From positions 1-33,133 of IMG/VR virus record IMGVR_UViG_3300006893_000016: a stretch of 33,133 bases of DNA; one strand, written 5' to 3'. The notes under the pieces are model-generated. The model searched no databases. It worked only from the letters and a program-made list of their open reading frames with translations, and was not told the origin of the DNA. Made by a program: the position numbers and the translations under genes. Origin of the DNA: a virus. Its lineage: Duplodnaviria; Caudoviricetes. This document shows, piece by piece, positions 1 through 8,926 of the stretch (the first letter of the stretch is position 1; each line of letters begins with the position of its first letter).

Positions 1-9
1 AAAGCGATC

Positions 10-225
10 GTGAGCTGGACGGTTTGCCCTGAATGTTACGAGGGAGTTCACGCTCACTGCATCGGTTCCGGGTGTTACTGCGACTGTCAGTTGGGAGATG
101 ACGCCGAGGACGAGGACGAGGATGAGTATGAATATTTAGATTGCGCCATGGACCGAACCGGCGCGTGCGGCAAGGCCGGCAGCGAGGAATGTGAATTTGA
201 GTGCCCGTACAACAACACGAATTGA
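10..225 (+). CDS. Small Cys-rich, acidic hypothetical phage protein (possible metal binding)
   Basis: CPEC, HC..C.CDC and CAMDRTGACGKAGSEECEFECP clusters separated by a D/E tract. Confidence 0.65.
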   Translation: MSWTVCPECYEGVHAHCIGSGCYCDCQLGDDAEDEDEDEYEYLDCAMDRTGACGKAGSEECEFECPYNNTN

Positions 226-234
226 GTGCAAGAA

Positions 235-453
235 ATGAACTTCGGCGCCTACTTCCGATCGCTCGCTAAAAATAAATGGTCGCGCTTCGCTCACTGCGCC
301 TTCTGTTCGATGAAGGTCGAGAGAATTTGCGACGGCACGCGCAACAGGCAGCCGTGATACTCGGCCATTTGCAAAAAGCATGTGCGTCGCATTGGCGACA
401 AGGATTTCTGTCCCGATTGTGCTCCACAAGGGACCGAGGAAACGAAAGGATAA
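235..453 (+). pseudogene. Zn-finger-like small protein interrupted by in-frame TGA at 355-357 (pseudogene or recoded)
   Basis: Manual translation [71 protein letters not shown]; Cys/His pattern continues across the stop. Confidence 0.55.
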
Positions 454-457
454 CTGG

Positions 458-664
458 ATGGAACGAGGCACTGTGAAGTGGTTTAACGCTACAAAGGGCT
501 ATGGCTTCATCGCTCCGGAAGGTGGCGAGAAAGACGTATTCGTGCACTACTCCGGAATCAACAGCGAGGGCTACCGCACCTTGCAGAACGATCAGCGCGT
601 CACGTTTGAGGTGCAGCAAGGCGACAAGGGGCCACAGGCGGTCAATGTGAGGGTGACGGACTAA
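458..664 (+). CDS. csp: Cold-shock domain protein (CspA family), 68 aa
   Basis: [15 protein letters not shown] (RNP1), DVFVHYS (RNP2), KGPQAVNV; AAAGGA upstream of ATG 458. Confidence 0.97.
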   Translation: MERGTVKWFNATKGYGFIAPEGGEKDVFVHYSGINSEGYRTLQNDQRVTFEVQQGDKGPQAVNVRVTD

Positions 665-677
665 CTGAGGGCGTGGC

Positions 678-1088
678 ATGACGAAGCGTGATGTGATCCT
701 TCGTTTGCGTGACGGCAAGACAGCGGTATTCCCATGTAAGTTTTCTCGCGAGCGAGCGGAAGGAATTCTCAGTGCGCGCATGCCTTCATTGCTTGCCAGA
801 ACTACGTACGGCCAGATCACTTTATCTAAACTCGTTGATCGGATGGAGTTTCACGGTTGGCGATGCCGGTACTGCGGTTGCGATTTCCAATTGAAAGTTA
901 TTCGGTGCTTCGGATCGGGACCTGGACGGCCTCGGCAGTACCTTGATTTTTATGGGATTGAGCTTCGTGTTGACCATGTTATTCCAGTGGCTCGCGGCGG
1001 ATCGAATTGGCCGGCCAACCTGGTGCCGGCGTGCAACTCCTGCAATTCAAAAAAACACGCGAAGTTGGTGGAGGAATTTCGGAACTGA
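678..1088 (+). CDS. HNH endonuclease
   Basis: CRYCG ... VDHVIPVARGGSNWPANLVPACNSCNSKK. Confidence 0.93.
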   Translation: MTKRDVILRLRDGKTAVFPCKFSRERAEGILSARMPSLLARTTYGQITLSKLVDRMEFHGWRCRYCGCDFQLKVIRCFGSGPGRPRQYLDFYGIELRVDHVIPVARGGSNWPANLVPACNSCNSKKHAKLVEEFRN

Positions 1089-1099
1089 GGGAAGTCTGG

Positions 1100-2149
1100 A
1101 TGCCGAAACGGATTATAGATGGCGAGGCTGTCTGGGGTAGCGACAAGCTCGCCAAATGCGAAATTTGGGCTCGCAGGGAGTATCCCTGGTTGTATCCGCT
1201 CGCGGATGCCAATGGGTGCTTCGAGCTAACGAACTTGAGAGTGTTATGGGGTAAGGTCGCCGCTAATCGGCCTGATCTTACTATTCATAGACTCCAGGAG
1301 GTGTTTGAGCAGTTTACCCGTCATGGTTTGCTTTTCACCTGGACCACAAACGGCAAATGCTACGGGCATTGGACGAAGAGCGAAGGTCGGTTGCCACCAA
1401 AATCAGAGCGGAGTCGTCATAAATCTCTCGCACCTGACATTCCGGTAGGCGAACTTGCAAAGTACCTCAACTCCTTTGAAATCAAAGAGGTCAGTAATGT
1501 AGTCGACTCAAGTAGTGAATTTGCACATATTTCCACAGGTGCCACCAGTAAGACAAGAACAGAAATAGACGTAAAACCGAATAAATCCATTAAAACCAAT
1601 GAGGTCAGCAACACAGTCGACCTAGGTCGCGACTTGGTATTGGATTTGGATTTGGTTAAGGAAAAGACTTACGCTCATGCAGTTTCCTCAAGATCAGCAG
1701 AAAAGGAAACTGCAGGAGCTAGGCCATCTGATCTTAAAAAAGTAATTCAAAAAGCGGCAAGAAAACTCACCCCAACCAATGGCACCGGACCTGGGCAAAC
1801 CCAACGCGCCCACCTGGAAGCTGGCATCTTCCGCAAGAAAGTTGATGCCGCCTACTTCGACGCCACCCAGGCGCATATGGGTCCCGACCAGTGCATCCAG
1901 GAAGCGATCTTTATGGCCTCACTAACCCTCCTCGGCAATCGTTCGGTTGAGCTGCGAGGACTCACCGACAAACAACTCAGCGCCGCAGCTTGGGACCGAC
2001 TCAAGGGCGGCATTGGCACGATCCATGAGTTAAAAAACTTCGACGTGCGCCGCAAGCAGGTGGTGGCTGTGGCTGTTAGGTCGGTCACCGACGTGGCGAT
2101 GGAATTCTGGAGTGCGCATGAAACCCACCAGAAAGCAACCTCACCGTGA
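1100..2149 (+). CDS. Putative phage replication initiator / replisome organizer
   Basis: N-terminus MPKRII..WGSDKL...LYPLADANGCFE resembles initiator N-domains; disordered middle with repeats; GAGGG upstream of ATG 1100. Confidence 0.6.
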   Translation: MPKRIIDGEAVWGSDKLAKCEIWARREYPWLYPLADANGCFELTNLRVLWGKVAANRPDLTIHRLQEVFEQFTRHGLLFTWTTNGKCYGHWTKSEGRLPPKSERSRHKSLAPDIPVGELAKYLNSFEIKEVSNVVDSSSEFAHISTGATSKTRTEIDVKPNKSIKTNEVSNTVDLGRDLVLDLDLVKEKTYAHAVSSRSAEKETAGARPSDLKKVIQKAARKLTPTNGTGPGQTQRAHLEAGIFRKKVDAAYFDATQAHMGPDQCIQEAIFMASLTLLGNRSVELRGLTDKQLSAAAWDRLKGGIGTIHELKNFDVRRKQVVAVAVRSVTDVAMEFWSAHETHQKATSP

Positions 2150-2293
2150 GGACGTGGAAGGGTGTGAAGTTATTGTTTTCTACAACTTACATCAACTCAC
2201 ATTGGACTACTTGACTTTCCACGCACGACAGTGCGATAGAGTTCACCTGATTTGACCGTGGCTCAGAGAGGGCTGCGGATAAGGAAAATAAAA

Positions 2294-2791
2294 ATGAAGC
2301 CAAGGTCACCTAGAGTTCGGTTGGAAGTTACGGATGAATTGATTCAAGCGGCAGTACCGAAAGACTCTAATCACTGCATGATCGCAGAGGCGGTGAAAAT
2401 AGCTTTTCCTGAAGCCCGCGCGATCGCGGTGGATTTAGCTACGATTCGTTTCAGTGATCCCAAAAAGCAATTACGTTATACGTACATGACTCCCCGCATC
2501 GCGCAAGTGGCCTTGGTAAATTTTGACCAGAAGAGAAAACCAGAGCCGTTCACATTTTTGTTGAGAGGCGCACAGGTCACTCACGTGGGCAGGAAAACTA
2601 CCGACACTAAGCCACGTTCAGAGGCTCAGAGGAAGGCAACCAAGAAAGCATCCCTGGCATTTAGAAACGGGAGAAAAGGTGGGAATGTACCTGATCGCGT
2701 TGGCGGTAAAACACCTCCACTACAAAAATCTTCCGATAATCTGCCGTTCAGCCGACGCAGAGCATTTGGGCTTAGAGGGTTAGAGCTATGA
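2294..2791 (+). CDS. Hypothetical basic protein
   Basis: AAGGA upstream of ATG 2294; ATGA coupling to next gene. Confidence 0.7.
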   Translation: MKPRSPRVRLEVTDELIQAAVPKDSNHCMIAEAVKIAFPEARAIAVDLATIRFSDPKKQLRYTYMTPRIAQVALVNFDQKRKPEPFTFLLRGAQVTHVGRKTTDTKPRSEAQRKATKKASLAFRNGRKGGNVPDRVGGKTPPLQKSSDNLPFSRRRAFGLRGLEL

Positions 2792-3183
2792 AGAAGGCGA
2801 TGAAATTGAACGGCGGACTGCTTGAAGTGAGTTGGTGGGTTGCTGTGGTTTTGAAAAACCGCGTGGCGCCACTGCGTTGCTACGTAGGTCAGATTCAAGC
2901 GAAAGAAGAATATGGGATACGAATTACATGCGTAGACTGGATCAGTGGGTCGGCCAGCGGGCAGGATTTATACCTTCCGCTGGAGTCAATCGAATCAGCT
3001 CTCGTCGCTACTGATGACCATGACTTAAAAATGTTTCTGGAAGCCGCTGCAAAATGGCAAGAGGTATTACCAGTGCCTTTTGAATTTCTCAGCGGCGATG
3101 AGAGGGAGGCTCGCAACAGAGAAGTCCTCGACAGCATCCCATCTCTCACAAAAGAAAAAAATGAAGAAAAAGAAGCCATCTAA
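2788..3183 (+). CDS. Hypothetical protein
   Basis: 131 aa ORF overlapping neighbours on both sides. Confidence 0.65.
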   Translation: MKKAMKLNGGLLEVSWWVAVVLKNRVAPLRCYVGQIQAKEEYGIRITCVDWISGSASGQDLYLPLESIESALVATDDHDLKMFLEAAAKWQEVLPVPFEFLSGDEREARNREVLDSIPSLTKEKNEEKEAI

Positions 3184-3745
3184 AAAGAAGAAGCCTCCTC
3201 AGAACAGGAAAGAAACAGGAGAATTCATCGCCACTAGCAAAGAGGACACCGACTATCAAACCGAGGCTCTGCGCATCGCAGAGGAATTTGCCGATAGCGA
3301 TGCAGAGACAATAAGTTTAGTAGATCAACTAGATGATTCGGAAGGCAACCCGGTGCAAGGCAAGCCAAAACGATTTAAGCCTGGCGAGTCTGGTAATCCA
3401 GCCACACGTTTCAAACCAGGCCAATCTGGCAACCCCGGTGGCCGTCCAAAGAAAACAAAAATCACTGACGCCTATCGCGCGTTACTCGAAGATCCGCTCC
3501 CCGAATCAATGGAGATAAAATTATTTGGCGAGGTCAAAGGACGCTCGTGGGCAGAAGCGATCGCGATGGGGCAAGCGCGGCAAGCAGTTATCGGCAAGTC
3601 ACCGGCGGCCGCGGAACTGCGCGAAGCTACTGAAGGTCGCGCGCCACAAGCGATTTTTATTTCCGGCGAACTAGACTTGAACATCGAGAACGTGGACGCA
3701 AAGATCAAGCAGTTGGGTGATAGAATTCGCGAGCGGAAAAAATGA
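3161..3745 (+). CDS. terS: Terminase small subunit-like protein (DUF5681-type motif)
   Basis: Tandem RFKPGESGNP / RFKPGQSGNPGGRPK; AAAELREATEGRAPQ; upstream of terL; start uncertain. Confidence 0.75.
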   Translation: MKKKKPSKKKKPPQNRKETGEFIATSKEDTDYQTEALRIAEEFADSDAETISLVDQLDDSEGNPVQGKPKRFKPGESGNPATRFKPGQSGNPGGRPKKTKITDAYRALLEDPLPESMEIKLFGEVKGRSWAEAIAMGQARQAVIGKSPAAAELREATEGRAPQAIFISGELDLNIENVDAKIKQLGDRIRERKK

Positions 3746-3999
3746 TGGTAAATGAGATCGAACACATCAAAGATATGATCGCAAACAATCCCGAACTTGT
3801 TCGACGGATGCTCGAGGATTTACTCTCACGGGGAGAGTGTTTCGTGCGTATCACGCAAACCGCAGCCGCAGTATTACCAAGTACATCGATGCACAAAACC
3901 AGTGATGGTTATGAGCAAATTTACGGGTCGTCTTCAATAAAATTCAAGCGATCAGAAATTCTCTGTCTATCTCGCGAGGCGATGTACTTACCGAGATGA
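3742..3999 (+). CDS. Hypothetical protein
   Basis: ATGA overlap with terS and with next ORF. Confidence 0.5.
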   Translation: MMVNEIEHIKDMIANNPELVRRMLEDLLSRGECFVRITQTAAAVLPSTSMHKTSDGYEQIYGSSSIKFKRSEILCLSREAMYLPR

Positions 4000-4172
4000 G
4001 CAGCCAACTTCGCGAAGGTGTGCTGGCCTTCACTTTTTTGTTTCTAGGCCTCGCGATATTCCTGTTCGGCATGTATCGGGCAGTCAACAAAAGTCATTAC
4101 CGATACACGGACGACAAAGGTTGTAAGCATTTCGACGAAGGCTACATCGAGAGAATCGAGTGTAGAAATTGA
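3996..4172 (+). CDS. Small single-TM protein, 58 aa (not in ORF track)
   Basis: MSSQLREGVLAFTFLFLGLAIFLFGMYRAVNK...; ATGA overlap, GAGG upstream. Confidence 0.55.
   Translation: MSSQLREGVLAFTFLFLGLAIFLFGMYRAVNKSHYRYTDDKGCKHFDEGYIERIECRN
4014..4039 (+). terminator. Weak intrinsic terminator-like hairpin between terS and terL
   Basis: GAAGGT-gtgctg-GCCTTC followed by ACTTTTTT; lies inside a small ORF. Confidence 0.25.
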
Positions 4173-4185
4173 GAGAGGAGAGCTA

Positions 4186-4398
4186 GTGAAGACTATGCGG
4201 TTGGCGTATTGGGGCTCTGCCAATAGTGATGCAGCCAATTGTTGCCTTTGTGGAGAGCCAGTTCACACATGGGATGACGATTTGGCTTACCTGCTGCCAC
4301 TACGCGACTATAAGGCCACTAAACCCGAAGTAGATTGGAACTCAGACGTCGTATGTGCGGTTTGTAAGTCGTGCTTTCAAAAACATCCAGCACCGTGA
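4186..4398 (+). CDS. Small Zn-finger-like hypothetical protein
   Basis: CCLCG ... VCAVCKSC; GAGGAG before GTG. Confidence 0.6.
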   Translation: MKTMRLAYWGSANSDAANCCLCGEPVHTWDDDLAYLLPLRDYKATKPEVDWNSDVVCAVCKSCFQKHPAP

Positions 4399-4401
4399 TC
4401 C

Positions 4402-5979
4402 ATGCACCTCCTCACCGATGACGAGCTCGCTCTAGCCACTCAAGAAGAAAAACTTGAATATCTTCGCCTACTCGAATCGCGTGAAGCGGTTGTTGACGCG
4501 CACGAAGCCTCCGAAGATTTAACCGTCTTCGCACGTGGCGCCTGGCAAGTCCTCGAAGCAACCACCGAAATGAAATGGAACTGGCACCTCGATCTGATCT
4601 GCGAATATCTGTCGCTCCTTCGCTCACACAAGTTAAACAGGCTGATCGTGAACGTACCACCGCAAACTATGAAGTCGCGCCTGTGCACCATAATGTTTCC
4701 GGTGTGGTGCTGGACGAAAGATCCGACGCGCCGGTATATGGCTTCAAGTTACTCGGAAGGCTTGAGCACTGACCATTCCCTCGAGCGCCGCATGCTGGTG
4801 CAGTCATCGTGGTTTCAAACGCTCTGGCCAAACAGGATCCGCCTGGCCAGTGATTTGAATCGCGTAACCGAATTCAAGAACACGCGCGGCGGCCGAATGT
4901 TTGCGACGTCGACTGCTGGCACGGCGACCGGCAAGGGCGTTCATGGCATCGTGGAAGACGATCCACAGAATCCGCAGCAAGCGGAAAGCGAAACAGAGCG
5001 CAAATCCGCTAACGACTTCCACGATGGCACGTTGTCGACTAGGTTTTCTGACCGCGACGCATTTTGGCATTTGATCGTAATGCAGCGCTTGCACATCGAT
5101 GACCTCACCGCGCACGTGCAGGCCAAACTTCCTGGCGCGTGGACGATCATCTCGCTGCCGATGGAAGCTGAGAAAGACGAAGAGTGGACGTTTCCAATTA
5201 GCGGTCGCGTGGTGCATCGCAAGCAAGGTGAGTTGCTGTGGCCTGCGCGCTTCGACGGGCCATCGGTAAAAGAAATCGCGACGGAGTTGGGCCCGTATCG
5301 CGCCGCCGGCCAGCTACAGCAACGCCCAACGCCGGCTGGCGGCATTATCATCCAGCGCAACTGGTTCAAGTATTGGAATCAAGGCAACGTGCCACCGAAG
5401 TTCGACGAAGTACTTCTCTCGTTCGACATGAACTTCGGTGACACAAAAAGCAAGACGCCGAGCTTTGTCGTTGGCCAGGCCTGGGGCAGAGTCGGCTCGC
5501 GCAAATATCTGCTGCACGAAATTCGCGGGCTATGGTCATTCGCGCAAACCATTCCTCAAGTGCTGGGATTAGTCGGAGCGTTTCCCACTGCCGGCTACAA
5601 ACTCGTCGAGAAGAAAGCCAACGGTGCGGCAGTGCTGTCATCACTCGAGGAAGTTGTGAGCGGCTTGATGGCGATAGAGCCTGACGGCAGCAAAGAAGCG
5701 CGCATGTACGCAGCGTCGCCGGATTACGCAGCTGGCAACGTGTACGTGCCCGATCCGGCGATGAAAGGCTACGAATGGTCGCTGCAGCATATCGAAGAAG
5801 TTTGCCACTTTCCGCAAGAGCCGAATGACCGTGGCGATGCGGCCAGCCAAGCGGTAAACTTCTTTAGGCGCAATCAATCGGGGTTTTTGAATTGGCTGAA
5901 AATCGATCAGGCCAAGCGGAATGCGGAGAAAGAAACGCAGGGCAAGTTGCCGGTGCCGTTTGCGATTCGGAGGGCGTGA
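4402..5979 (+). CDS. terL: Terminase large subunit
   Basis: LIVNVPPQTMKS (Walker A variant), IVEDDP (Walker B), VMQRLHIDDL, RNase H-like SFD...EKKANG...NDRGDA. Confidence 0.97.
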   Translation: MHLLTDDELALATQEEKLEYLRLLESREAVVDAHEASEDLTVFARGAWQVLEATTEMKWNWHLDLICEYLSLLRSHKLNRLIVNVPPQTMKSRLCTIMFPVWCWTKDPTRRYMASSYSEGLSTDHSLERRMLVQSSWFQTLWPNRIRLASDLNRVTEFKNTRGGRMFATSTAGTATGKGVHGIVEDDPQNPQQAESETERKSANDFHDGTLSTRFSDRDAFWHLIVMQRLHIDDLTAHVQAKLPGAWTIISLPMEAEKDEEWTFPISGRVVHRKQGELLWPARFDGPSVKEIATELGPYRAAGQLQQRPTPAGGIIIQRNWFKYWNQGNVPPKFDEVLLSFDMNFGDTKSKTPSFVVGQAWGRVGSRKYLLHEIRGLWSFAQTIPQVLGLVGAFPTAGYKLVEKKANGAAVLSSLEEVVSGLMAIEPDGSKEARMYAASPDYAAGNVYVPDPAMKGYEWSLQHIEEVCHFPQEPNDRGDAASQAVNFFRRNQSGFLNWLKIDQAKRNAEKETQGKLPVPFAIRRA

Positions 5980-5980
5980 A

Positions 5981-6217
5981 ATCTCTAGATACTCTCACGA
6001 TTGGGACGACGTGGGCTTTTGCCGAGAATGTTCGGCGATGCGTTGCAACAAGATAGTTTGGTCTTACGACCGAGCGCGACGGTGCCTAAATCCAACAACT
6101 GACCGCAGTGGAGCGTTGGTCGACGTCACGAAATGTTCCCTTCATTGCGAACTAGAATCGCTAGATTTGGATGACCTCCAGAACACGCCCTACACTAATT
6201 CCTTGACGCGCCACTAG
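5981..6217 (+). CDS. Small Cys-rich hypothetical protein, start unclear (possible ATC)
   Basis: HDWDDVGFCRECSAMRC...CSLHC; GGAGG at 5969-5973. Confidence 0.4.
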   Translation: MSRYSHDWDDVGFCRECSAMRCNKIVWSYDRARRCLNPTTDRSGALVDVTKCSLHCELESLDLDDLQNTPYTNSLTRH

Positions 6218-6232
6218 CGGTGTCAGTACTCT
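6203..6232 (+). promoter_or_regulatory. Candidate sigma70-type promoter upstream of portal
   Basis: TTGACG - 18 nt - TACTCT about 100 nt before the portal start. Confidence 0.35.
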
Positions 6233-6336
6233 CCAATCCAGTGCACCAGCCGGCGACTCAGGAACGCCGAGCAGTACGATTGCGGTGAGTTCATTAACGC
6301 AGTAGCTTCCGCCCACACTTCCACAGGTTTTACACA

Positions 6337-7875
6337 ATGGCTCTAGCCCTCATCAAAGCGGGCTACGGCAAAGAGACGCCGTTAGAGCGCGGCCTCCTCG
6401 CACGTTTCACGCAAGGCGCGATGGCGGAGATCCAGAACGTCAATCCGCAAAACTGGTTTGGACCTGGCCAGCCGCTTCGCAAAATTGCTCCCACCGGCGT
6501 GCAGCCGCGCGTCTTCGATTACTCCACAAATATCAATCTTGACTACACGCCTAAAGCACACGAAGGCGCACCGTTTGCCCTGCTGCGCGAACTCGCGGAC
6601 TCTTATCCGCTGCTGCGCTGCGTAATCGAAACGCGCAAAGATCAGGTCTCACGTGTTGGGCATTCCTTCACCCTGCGGCAGAAGACTGGCGAAAAGCCAT
6701 CGCAACTCAAAGAGCGTGCTGCATCGGATGCGCGCATCGATGCGTTAAATGAATTCTTCGATAAGCCTGACGGCGAAAGTAATTTTGCCGATTGGCAGCG
6801 CATGATCCTCGAGGATACGTTTGTCATCGATGCACCTGCGGTCACACCGCGGTGGCGTAATGACGCCAAAGTTTATGGCTTCGATGTGATCGACGGCGCG
6901 ACCATCTCGCGCGTGATCGATGTGAACGGCCGCACGCCTGTAGCCCCCGACACCGCATATCGTCAGATCATCAAAGGCATGCCATCGGTTGACCTGATGC
7001 AGCCGGCGCCGCAGTTTTCCAAGCGTGACCAACTGTTTTATTTTCCACGCAACATTCGCACCAATCGCCTCTACGGTTATTCGCCGGTGGAGCAGATCGC
7101 GCTCACGATCAATCTTGGACTGCGCCGGCGAATCTTCCAGCTGCAGTACTACACCGAAGGCACGATTCCGGATGTGTTCATCCAAGGTCCGGATGGCGCA
7201 AGCGAAACCACACTGCAGCAGCTCGAGACCATGTGGAACGAAAAGTTCAACACCACGGCCGCGCGCCGCAAAGCCAACTGGATCCCCTTTGGCTCAAAAG
7301 TCACGATGGCCAAAGAAGCCGTACTCGCCGACATGATGGACGAACTCATCATTCGCGAGGTCGCTTACGCGTTCAGTATCAGCCCAGGATCGCTGGTCAA
7401 GATGGTGAATCGCGCTTCTGGCCAGCAAATGAGCGAAGACGCGAAAGCCGAAGGCCTCGAGCCGATACTGTTTTGGTTCAAAGGGTTCATGGACGGACTG
7501 CTCGCATTTCTCGGCTGTCCCGATATTCAATTCGAGTGGGGAACATATACGCGCGAGAATCCACTACAGCAAGCGCAGATCGACCAGATTTATCTTTCCA
7601 CCGTCGACTCTGAAGGCCACAGCGTCAAAGTAGCGAACGAAGTCCGCGAGAGCATCGGCCTGGAAGAGATGGACTTTACCGCGCAGGACGAAGCGAAAGC
7701 CCAAGAGATGCAAGACCAGCAGCTTCGCGAAGAGCAGACCGACCGTGCTGATACCGCTCGTCCAAAGTCTGCCGACTTAGCTCGAGCAGCTCTAAAAAAA
7801 AACGGCATCGGGTTCAGGCTGGCGCAGAAACGCCACGGTATGTCGCGGCAGTCAAGCGCACGAAGGGATTACTGA
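6337..7875 (+). CDS. Portal protein
   Basis: 512 aa after terL; LRCVIETRKDQV, IDGATI, LYGYSPVEQ, ANEVRESIGL. Confidence 0.93.
   Translation: MALALIKAGYGKETPLERGLLARFTQGAMAEIQNVNPQNWFGPGQPLRKIAPTGVQPRVFDYSTNINLDYTPKAHEGAPFALLRELADSYPLLRCVIETRKDQVSRVGHSFTLRQKTGEKPSQLKERAASDARIDALNEFFDKPDGESNFADWQRMILEDTFVIDAPAVTPRWRNDAKVYGFDVIDGATISRVIDVNGRTPVAPDTAYRQIIKGMPSVDLMQPAPQFSKRDQLFYFPRNIRTNRLYGYSPVEQIALTINLGLRRRIFQLQYYTEGTIPDVFIQGPDGASETTLQQLETMWNEKFNTTAARRKANWIPFGSKVTMAKEAVLADMMDELIIREVAYAFSISPGSLVKMVNRASGQQMSEDAKAEGLEPILFWFKGFMDGLLAFLGCPDIQFEWGTYTRENPLQQAQIDQIYLSTVDSEGHSVKVANEVRESIGLEEMDFTAQDEAKAQEMQDQQLREEQTDRADTARPKSADLARAALKKNGIGFRLAQKRHGMSRQSSARRDY
7794..7803 (+). other. Candidate -1 frameshift/slippage site (A9C; A AAA AAC)
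   Basis: CTA AAA AAA AAC in portal frame; -1 frame open 7752-8609. Confidence 0.7.
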
Positions 7876-8609
7876 AGAGATTTTTCGCCCATGAGAACAA
7901 GCGCTTCATTGCCGAATTCAGTAAGGCTACAAAGGCTGCGGACCCCGAAGATCCGGACAGCAAGATCGATAACCTGCTCGACTCCTGGGACGCCATTGCG
8001 GACCCGCTTGCGCATGAACTCGATAACGTCTTCCGCGAATCAGCCAGCACTGCGCGATCCGAGTTGGATGCCACTGATCGTGTCGAGCTCGTGGTTCTCA
8101 ACAAAGCGGCTCGCAATTTCGCTCGAAAGCGCGCAGCTGAAATGGTGGGGAAGAAATGGGTGAACGGCCATCTCGTCGACAATCCGCGAGCGAAGTGGGC
8201 CATCACAGATACGACTCGCGAAGTACTGCGCGAGGCAGTGAAGCAGGCGTTTTCTCAAGAAGGGGGGGCGCCTGCGGATCTGTCGAAGCGGATCGAGGAG
8301 AGCGGCATCTTCGGGGAAGCGCGCGCGGAAATGATTGCGCGAACGGAGATGGCGAGAGCGCAAGTCGAGGGCGCGCTCGTAACCGCTGGCGAAGTGGGAG
8401 TGATCGCGAAACGTTCGGAGCTTTCGAATGACCACGAAGGCCAAGACGAATGCGATGAAGCCGCCGACCTGGGTGTCATTGCCATCGACGACGATTTCGG
8501 TGAGCACGGCAGCGGACCGCCATTCCACCCGAACTGCGCGTGCGCAATTGTGTTCCTCACTGCGGCCGATGCGGAAGCCCAGGAGTTCGTTCATGCAGAG
8601 GCGGAATGA
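7800..8609 (+). CDS. Head morphogenesis / minor head protein (SPP1 gp7, Mu gpF family), probably expressed as portal -1 frameshift extension
   Basis: RAEMIARTEMARA and GPPFHPNCACAI motifs; frame open with no ATG/GTG/TTG between 7752 and TTG 8064. Confidence 0.85.
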   Translation, partial: KRHRVQAGAETPRYVAAVKRTKGLLKRFFAHENKRFIAEFSKATKAADPEDPDSKIDNLLDSWDAIADPLAHELDNVFRESASTARSELDATDRVELVVLNKAARNFARKRAAEMVGKKWVNGHLVDNPRAKWAITDTTREVLREAVKQAFSQEGGAPADLSKRIEESGIFGEARAEMIARTEMARAQVEGALVTAGEVGVIAKRSELSNDHEGQDECDEAADLGVIAIDDDFGEHGSGPPFHPNCACAIVFLTAADAEAQEFVHAEAE

Positions 8610-8914
8610 AGGAAACCGCCCACGCCATTCGCACTTTTCCAATCACCAGTGGAGAGTGGACGCCGATAATCGCACCCATCAATTGCGACTACTACGCAAT
8701 CCTCGGAACGGTCGGTGGGGTAGCCGTAATTCACTCGACGGACCCAGACAATCCGCAGGCGCAGCATGTACTCGGGTCCGGGGGATGGTACGCACTGGTC
8801 GTACCGAAGAGCAAATTTTCAGGCAGGGAATATAGGTACCAAACGTCGGAGACGGTCGTGTACGTAAAGAGCACCGGGGGCGACGACCAAGTGATCATAG
8901 AGTTCATTTATTGA
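8606..8914 (+). CDS. Small beta-rich protein, possible capsid decoration/spike base, 102 aa
   Basis: ATGA overlap with gpF, GAGG SD; alternating hydrophobic beta pattern. Confidence 0.65.
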   Translation: MKETAHAIRTFPITSGEWTPIIAPINCDYYAILGTVGGVAVIHSTDPDNPQAQHVLGSGGWYALVVPKSKFSGREYRYQTSETVVYVKSTGGDDQVIIEFIY

Positions 8915-8926
8915 AAAGGTAAAAAC

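Noticed and set aside
1049-1055. A AAA AAA in HNH gene with -1 frame open into the initiator
   Set aside because: Initiator has its own SD and ATG 1100, and KK is normal in the HNH motif, so no frameshift is needed
2211-2242. TTGACT...TAGAGT promoter-like pair
   Set aside because: 20-nt spacing is too long; a promoter in this gap is likely but cannot be placed
6233-6336. Possible ncRNA/riboswitch in portal leader
   Set aside because: Only short hairpins, no recognisable family
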